This document shows positions 34,086 through 39,887 of a stretch of DNA of 39,887 bases, in pieces. The position numbers and the translations under genes are program-made. Every line of letters begins with the position of its first letter. The stretch's first letter is position 1. Under the pieces are notes generated by a model that was not told the origin of the DNA, made no database searches, and saw nothing but the letters and a program-made list of their open reading frames with translations. The stretch comes from Octopus bimaculoides (lineage: Eukaryota). The stretch spans positions 46,869,922 to 46,909,808 of the forward strand of contig NC_068988.1 in assembly GCF_001194135.2 (NCBI RefSeq). Direction: 5' to 3'.

Positions 34086-35287
34086 CAGATCAGCTGCAGA
34101 GTAGAATGTTGTTTCGAATACTAGCAACGAAGATTCTTTTAAAGCTATTCTGGGGCCAGGAGTTAGATTCAAATGAGGGGATGGCGTAATTCTCTTATCC
34201 AGGTACGCTCACATTCCATCCAACGCATTTATACTCACATGACTTAGATCGAGCTGAGGATACGCTAAAAGATAATTAATAGGTCCCGGTATTGCGCATG
34301 GGAATTCGTTCTAGGAGCCACTAGATTGCGAAGTAAACTTTCGAACCACGTCAGCATGTCGACTCTAAACTAACAAATTTTATTGAATTCTGTTTGCATT
34401 TGAATAGACTGAAGCGAGCAGTCATATGTTTCCGCCTCCACCGAAAGTGCAATAGTTAAAAGTTTGAACCCGTGATCATATTATCTGCTGGCTTGCACCT
34501 TAACCCCACAGCTATTGTATCACATTAGAATTATAATTTGCAATTTGGTTCTACTCAGTTGAAGACAGTTGGGAATGGTGCAGAAAAGTTTGTATGAGGT
34601 AATGCACATGTTCTGCATTTTCTGCATCAGTTTATCAAGGATTCAATTGATGCTCGTTAATCCGGAACAATGGAGAGAATCTTATTGAATTATCATCACC
34701 TTTTGCATGTCAACTTATATAATTATCAACTTTCCATGTCCTTTATATACACGATTAAACAGCCAGGAATGAGAGGTGGCAAGGATCTGTAACGAAATAT
34801 CTTTACATTGTTATGTAGTGAAGAAAGCTTAGTGAATTAACTGATATTTTTCCAGACCCGCCGTTCCAAAGCCTTGTTAGATTATCCACCTTGCTGGGCC
34901 AACAGCAGTCACATAATTATTCAACATTACCACTTTGACCTATCTCCCATCATGAAATGTTAGAATCTTAAAGTAATCTAATATTAAACATATATTGAAT
35001 TAAACGATTAAATGAAATAGAAATGCATTAGTATAAAGTTATATGGTATGAAGTTACACGACAGGTATTTATGCTTAATGTTTCACTCTTACGTGTGCTG
35101 TTCTTCATACAAGAAACATAGCTGGCATTATCGAATATCAACAGCGATCGTTGTTTATATTTGACATAGTTGTTGTTTGTTTGGCCCAGTGTGAGATTAA
35201 TTTAAGCAGGCCTGTGAACCATAAATATTCCAATGAAATGAAAACCATCTCGTTTTTTTCTCAGACCTGTACACAGACGCACTCAAG

Positions 35288-35855
35288 TCCGAGGTGCATT
35301 CCTGGAGTTCTAAAAGGTTTTCACGAGAGACATTTATTTAATTTCAAAGAAGTACAAAACTGTAATATCCTTCAAAGTAAAATCCTCTGACTTCAATGCA
35401 CTAATTGTAGTGACCAGCTACTTTGTGAAGGCCCCATGGAAATCTTCCAAAGTGAAGGTGTCCAGAATCCTCGTCACAGACTCCATCTTCTCAATGCCTT
35501 CAAAACGACTTCCCTAGAGGTTCTCTTTCAGCTTAGGGAATAACCAAAAGTCACAGAAAACAAGGTCTGGACTGAAAGATCGATGAGGGAGAGTTTTGAT
35601 TTCCATCTCTTTAAGGTATTTGGTTACCAGGATGGAAACCTGATAAACAGTATTTAGCAGTAGCCTGTGACAAGCAGTGTTTAGCAGGGCATTTTCAAAG
35701 TGTAGTTGCAGCCATCTCCTTCAACCTAGAATAAAAATTATGGCAGGTTAGTTTATTAGATGTATAGTAATGATATACTAAAATCACAATAATGTAGGAC
35801 ATTAATAACCGCTTCATCAGAAAAGAGTCTTAAAACATCTGGAATACACCTTGTA
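35288..35855 (-). mobile_element. Internally deleted mariner (irritans-like) with both degenerate TIRs
   Basis: Minus-strand TLPHRSFSPDLVFCDFWLFPKLKENL*GSRFEGIEKM matches HPPYSPDLAPCDFWLFPKLK. The ends TCCGAGGTGCATTCC... and the reverse complement of ...GGAATACACCTTGTA agree at about 20/28 positions. Confidence 0.8.
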
Positions 35856-37432
35856 CATTAACAAACTTGGCATTACTTTTTTATGACTCCGAGGAGTTAA
35901 ATAGCTGGAAATGTCACTGTTAGTTCTAGCACGTCGATCTACAATTTTGAGACTCCTTTGATCACTGAGCCAACTGAACGTTATTTACGATGTTAACAAT
36001 GTTGTGATAACAAATATTTAACTAATTTCGTAAGGGATTAGCAAACATTTACTAATTGATGGCAACACTTTTCATTATCATTACACAGCTAATGTCTCAT
36101 TCCACTTTTGAAACGCGCTGCGCTATATGAAGCAACGTCGTTGTGTTTTTCTAGGAAGTTAAATGACTACGTAGAGTTCCACTTATTAATCTGCTGTTAA
36201 TATAAACAGTACAGTTATTTCTTTTAACAAACCCTCTGTAATTTAGAATTAAAATTAAGTGATTCTAACTGACAGCGCCAATGACTCAGGCTGCTCCGTT
36301 AACAGCAATATTTTCTGTGTTACTTGTATATGTTAATTGTTATATATATATATAAATTTGCTTGGCAGCTAGGGTTTAGCATTACACAAAATAAACCAAG
36401 AACTAATCGAATCAAAAAAGATTCACCGGAACAGTAATTCAATTATTCACTTATGATAATTCTTCAATAGTAACTTCATTGATTCGAGAATTCCAACATA
36501 TCAATCACTCGTTCACAGTGTTTTTTTTTTTTAAGGAGATAACAAGGGCGTGTCACTTACTTCGGTTTCTCGCTAATATACATCAGCGAAAGACACATAT
36601 TTAAACATGCGTGCGTGCGCGCACACACACATGCATATAGGCATACACAATTACATGCATATATACAGTTGTACATACATACATGCGTATACTTTTTGAG
36701 TGAAGAGGCACTAAAATAGCATCTGACTTTTTATAACAACGGTAGTATAATACCTTGTAATGAAATAATAGACAACGTTCAGAAGGCTTAACAGAACAAT
36801 AAAAATTTATTATAAGAGGAAGTGAGGATAACATTAAATCAAGGTTTGCTTGCCAACATAAAGGGCATAGCATTTAGAGATATGGTACAACAGTGTTCTA
36901 AGTAAATCGAAGAACAGTCCAAGCGACGCGTTATAGGTTCACAAATCCAGGAAAAAGGTGTATGCATATTAAATATGTAAAACTTACTGATACTGTATAT
37001 TGTAAAATGTGAACGTGATAAATGTTCGAACAGTCCATAAAGAGTTATTTAGTTCTAGAGTATTTCTCCATTAGATGTTGTCCACTTGGTGGAGTTCAGC
37101 TCTGTCTTCGACATGACACTGAGTCTTACTCCCTTAGGGAGCCTGTTTGGAACTGACTAAAAATTTCCCGTGATTTTGTGATAGACGGCAGTGTATGTAT
37201 GCGCGAGGTAAAGTGGTTGGCTACACTAACCAAATCACGCATAGATGGATAACAGTTCCGCCAAAGGGGAGTAGTGCTCCTACATTCAACATACTCGATA
37301 AAATTCTGTATTAAGTGAATATACTTGTGTGGCCTAGAATCGCAATCTCATATTTTCAGTTACCATTGTAAAGCGGCATTCATGTGAGGTGACACGTCCT
37401 GGTTATCAACAAACCGCCCTACATAAATATCA

Positions 37433-37470
37433 CTAGCAGAAAGCCCGCCCTCTGGGCGGTTTTCTGCTAG
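37433..37470. terminator. Helitron 3' hairpin/termination signal, part of a 38-bp near-perfect palindrome
   Basis: CTAGCAGAAAGCCCGCCC-TCT-GGGCGGTTTTCTGCTAG. Confidence 0.8.
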
Positions 37471-37941
37471 CCACTCGATAATGTTTCCACATTTGATTCC
37501 CAATTCTAATAATTTTAATGATATTTTACGTCTATTTATTTCTTTGTAAAATAGTGCTCACTTGGTTAGTAAATATTGCTTTCATTATTTTATCAGTCAT
37601 AATTTCTCTTTTTTAAAGCGTCAATCTGTTACATACATTTATCATTAACATTGGTAGAACTTACATAGGTGAGCATAAATAGATAGATAGATAAATGGAT
37701 GGATGGTTGGATACACACACATTCACACACACAAAAGTCTGGTACTGTGAGAAGATATGGGAATGGTGTTTCCTTACCTTTTCAAATAAACCCAAACTTA
37801 AAATGATCTAATATAACGATATCATTCGGCATGTGTTGAAATATGCCAAAACAAATTAATTCCACGCAAATATATGATACTTTACATATAATTTATATGT
37901 TAATTCTATTTACTGAAACTTGCTAAAAAGCATATTTTGCT

Positions 37942-39053
37942 TTAAAGTAGTATCTCTTTGTAGAGACAATTGTCAGTAATCGTACTGTTTCCATTTCTTT
38001 CAGCCAATTTCTTTACATGAGCCTTCTTTCGAATTTTAGATAATGCAAAATACAGCTGACCATGTGAGAAGAATTGTGTCGGAAGATACATTCCATTTTG
38101 TTCAAAAGTCTGTCCCTGTGCCTTGTTGCACGCCAAGGCAAAAGCTGGCTTGACAGGAAATTGTTTTCATGTAAATGTAAATGAAAATTCCATTTCTTGA
38201 GAGATACATGTGGTATCCTTGGGATTAGCAGAGTTGATCCTACATAAGAACCAGAAGCAACCTCATCCTCAATAACAAGATAATGTAAACTAACAATGAT
38301 GTAGTGTGTACCATTGCAATGTCCATTAGTAGTATCTAAATTTCTCAGAAACATTATGCATCGTGTTTTTCATCTGCTTGAGAATGTGTGGTGGAAACCC
38401 TGATGGTGTAAATTTATTGATGAACTCGAAGGGGTACAGAGCGGCATTATCAACTGTACCTGAGCTTCTGTATATTTTTAGTTCACCGGGGATCCTGGTC
38501 AATAGAAAATCATTCATAAATTGCTTCATTTGTTGGAGTAACAATGGTTCTATTTGCAAACCACACAGGGTTTGTGAAGTTATTTTTGAGGTTAGCATAT
38601 ACAAAATCACACAGATCTGAAAGAGTACCACTTTCAAGGCAAAGGTCATTGGGTAGTTTGATTTTGAATTCACCTAGGCTTTGTTAAACAGAAATGTTAC
38701 CATTTCTTACATCCAGAAGGTAATTAGCAAACTCTCTTTCATCAGAATGACCTTCTGTAAGGAGTCTTAGATTGGTTGTCAATTCCACTACTTCCACATG
38801 ATCGCAAAGAAAAGATCTCTTTAGTGCAGCATCAGCAATTTGTGATCTGACACCATTATTTTGAAGTAGAATATTCTCTTCTCGAGATACCCTAACCAGT
38901 CGGTCATGTGTAGCGGAAATAGAATCATGTCTACGTCTCCGTGCATGTTCAGGCGTCTGTCTCAGTCGTTTTGTTCTGGTTTCAGCTGATTCAGTTGTCC
39001 GTCTTTTTCTCTGCGTTGTGCCTTTACTGCTAAATTTTCTTTTTCAGTCGCAT
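37942..39053 (-). pseudogene. Helitron RepHel pseudogene: N-terminal basic region fused to the C-terminal half of the PIF1 helicase
   Basis: LKRSFLCDHVEVVELTTNLR, EREFANYLLDV, YPFEFINKFTPSGFPPH, FLRNLD...CNGT, NKAQGQT and FSHGQLYFALS, broken by frameshifts and stops; no HUH Rep motifs seen. Confidence 0.85.
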
Positions 39054-39068
39054 ATTACAAGTAAATGA

Positions 39069-39472
39069 AAACTCCTTAAAAACTATCTTCTTTGGTGTGC
39101 TGGAAATAGCGGCGATCACATAGTTATTATTGTAAGGCTTATAGCGTTCCAAGTAGTCATACCAGCAAAATTACTTAATCATTTAAAAAAAAAAAAAAAA
39201 TTATACTGGTATGTTAAAGAATTTTCATCTTATCAAAAATATTCATTTAACAAACTACAGAATATGATAATATGCTTGGAATTGTGCCTCATATTAAAGT
39301 TTTACAACTTTTTTTGTGTAAACATGAAATGAAAAATATCGTATACGCGAAAGCTCGTTAAAAACTATCTTGTTTAGCGTGCAAGAAATAGCAGCGATCA
39401 CATAGTTATTATTATAAGGCTTATAGTGTTCGAAGTAGCTATACCAACAAAATCACTTCTTCATTAAAAAAA
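39069..39472. repeat. Two diverged direct repeats of about 120 bp in the Helitron 5' region
   Basis: 39069-39190 and 39351-39472 share AAAACTATCTT...GCGATCACATAGTTATTATT.TAAGGCTTATAG...AAGTAG..ATACCA.CAAAAT.ACTT. Confidence 0.9.
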
Positions 39473-39795
39473 AATTTTTTAATGATCCAGATGGAGTATA
39501 TGTAATCTGAACTTTTCCCCCCTTTTTTTAATTATTTTTTTTACGGAATCCCACGTTTTAAGGCTATGGAGATTCCGATTCTGAAAAAAATGTTTTCAAA
39601 AATCTCAAATTCAAAATTTCGACCCCCCCCACATTTCCTCATTTTAAAATATTTTCCGGAATTTTTTTTTTCTTTTTTTTAGAAATGCGTAAAAAAATAC
39701 GGAGATTATGATTCTGAATAAAAATTGTTTGAAAAATTTCAATCCCCTCAAGCAGGCTATTTACATGCTAGAAATAACAGCCAAATCTCACAAAA

Positions 39796-39865
39796 TCCCT
39801 TTTCACCTGCCAAAGCCCTTTTTCATAAAAACCTTTCACCTGCCAAACCCCTTTTTCATACAAAC
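39796..39865. repeat. Tandem repeat of about 32 bp, two copies
   Basis: TTTCACCTGCCAAA(G/C)CCCTTTTTCATA occurs twice. Confidence 0.85.
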
Positions 39866-39887
39866 ACATCTTTCTCATTGCTATCCA

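Larger units (their letters stand above)
37433..39887 (-). mobile_element. Internally deleted Helitron; 3' end at 37433, 5' end probably outside the window
   Basis: PIF1-type helicase motifs at 37942-38855. On the minus strand the hairpin CCGCCC-AGA-GGGCGG is followed after 8 nt by CTAG|T, the canonical Helitron 3' terminus. Confidence 0.85.

Overview
AT-rich eukaryotic DNA made almost entirely of microsatellites and transposon debris. The SINE families look like those of octopus/coleoid cephalopods (inference from recognised repeat motifs, not a database search). I could not identify any host protein-coding exon, tRNA or rRNA gene, or CRISPR array with confidence. Recognisable elements: tRNA-derived SINEs of four types, decayed LINEs (RTE, I-group, CR1-like, HERO and R4-like), two internally deleted mariners, a Tigger/pogo remnant, a Helentron-type non-autonomous element, an internally deleted Helitron with a canonical 3' end, and a Penelope-like terminal repeat with a variant minimal hammerhead fold. 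The main finding is a 1619-bp non-LTR element (25158-26776, minus strand). It encodes only a gag/ORF1-like CCHC zinc-knuckle protein with no RT, sits inside a SINE with a 6-bp target-site duplication, and shares that SINE family's 3' stem-loop and tail (21/24 nt). The same SINEs also insert repeatedly into their own tRNA-like head at one position. CpG density rises about ten-fold from the left half to the right half, which may mark a methylated gene body on the left. Coordinates of old, decayed elements are approximate.
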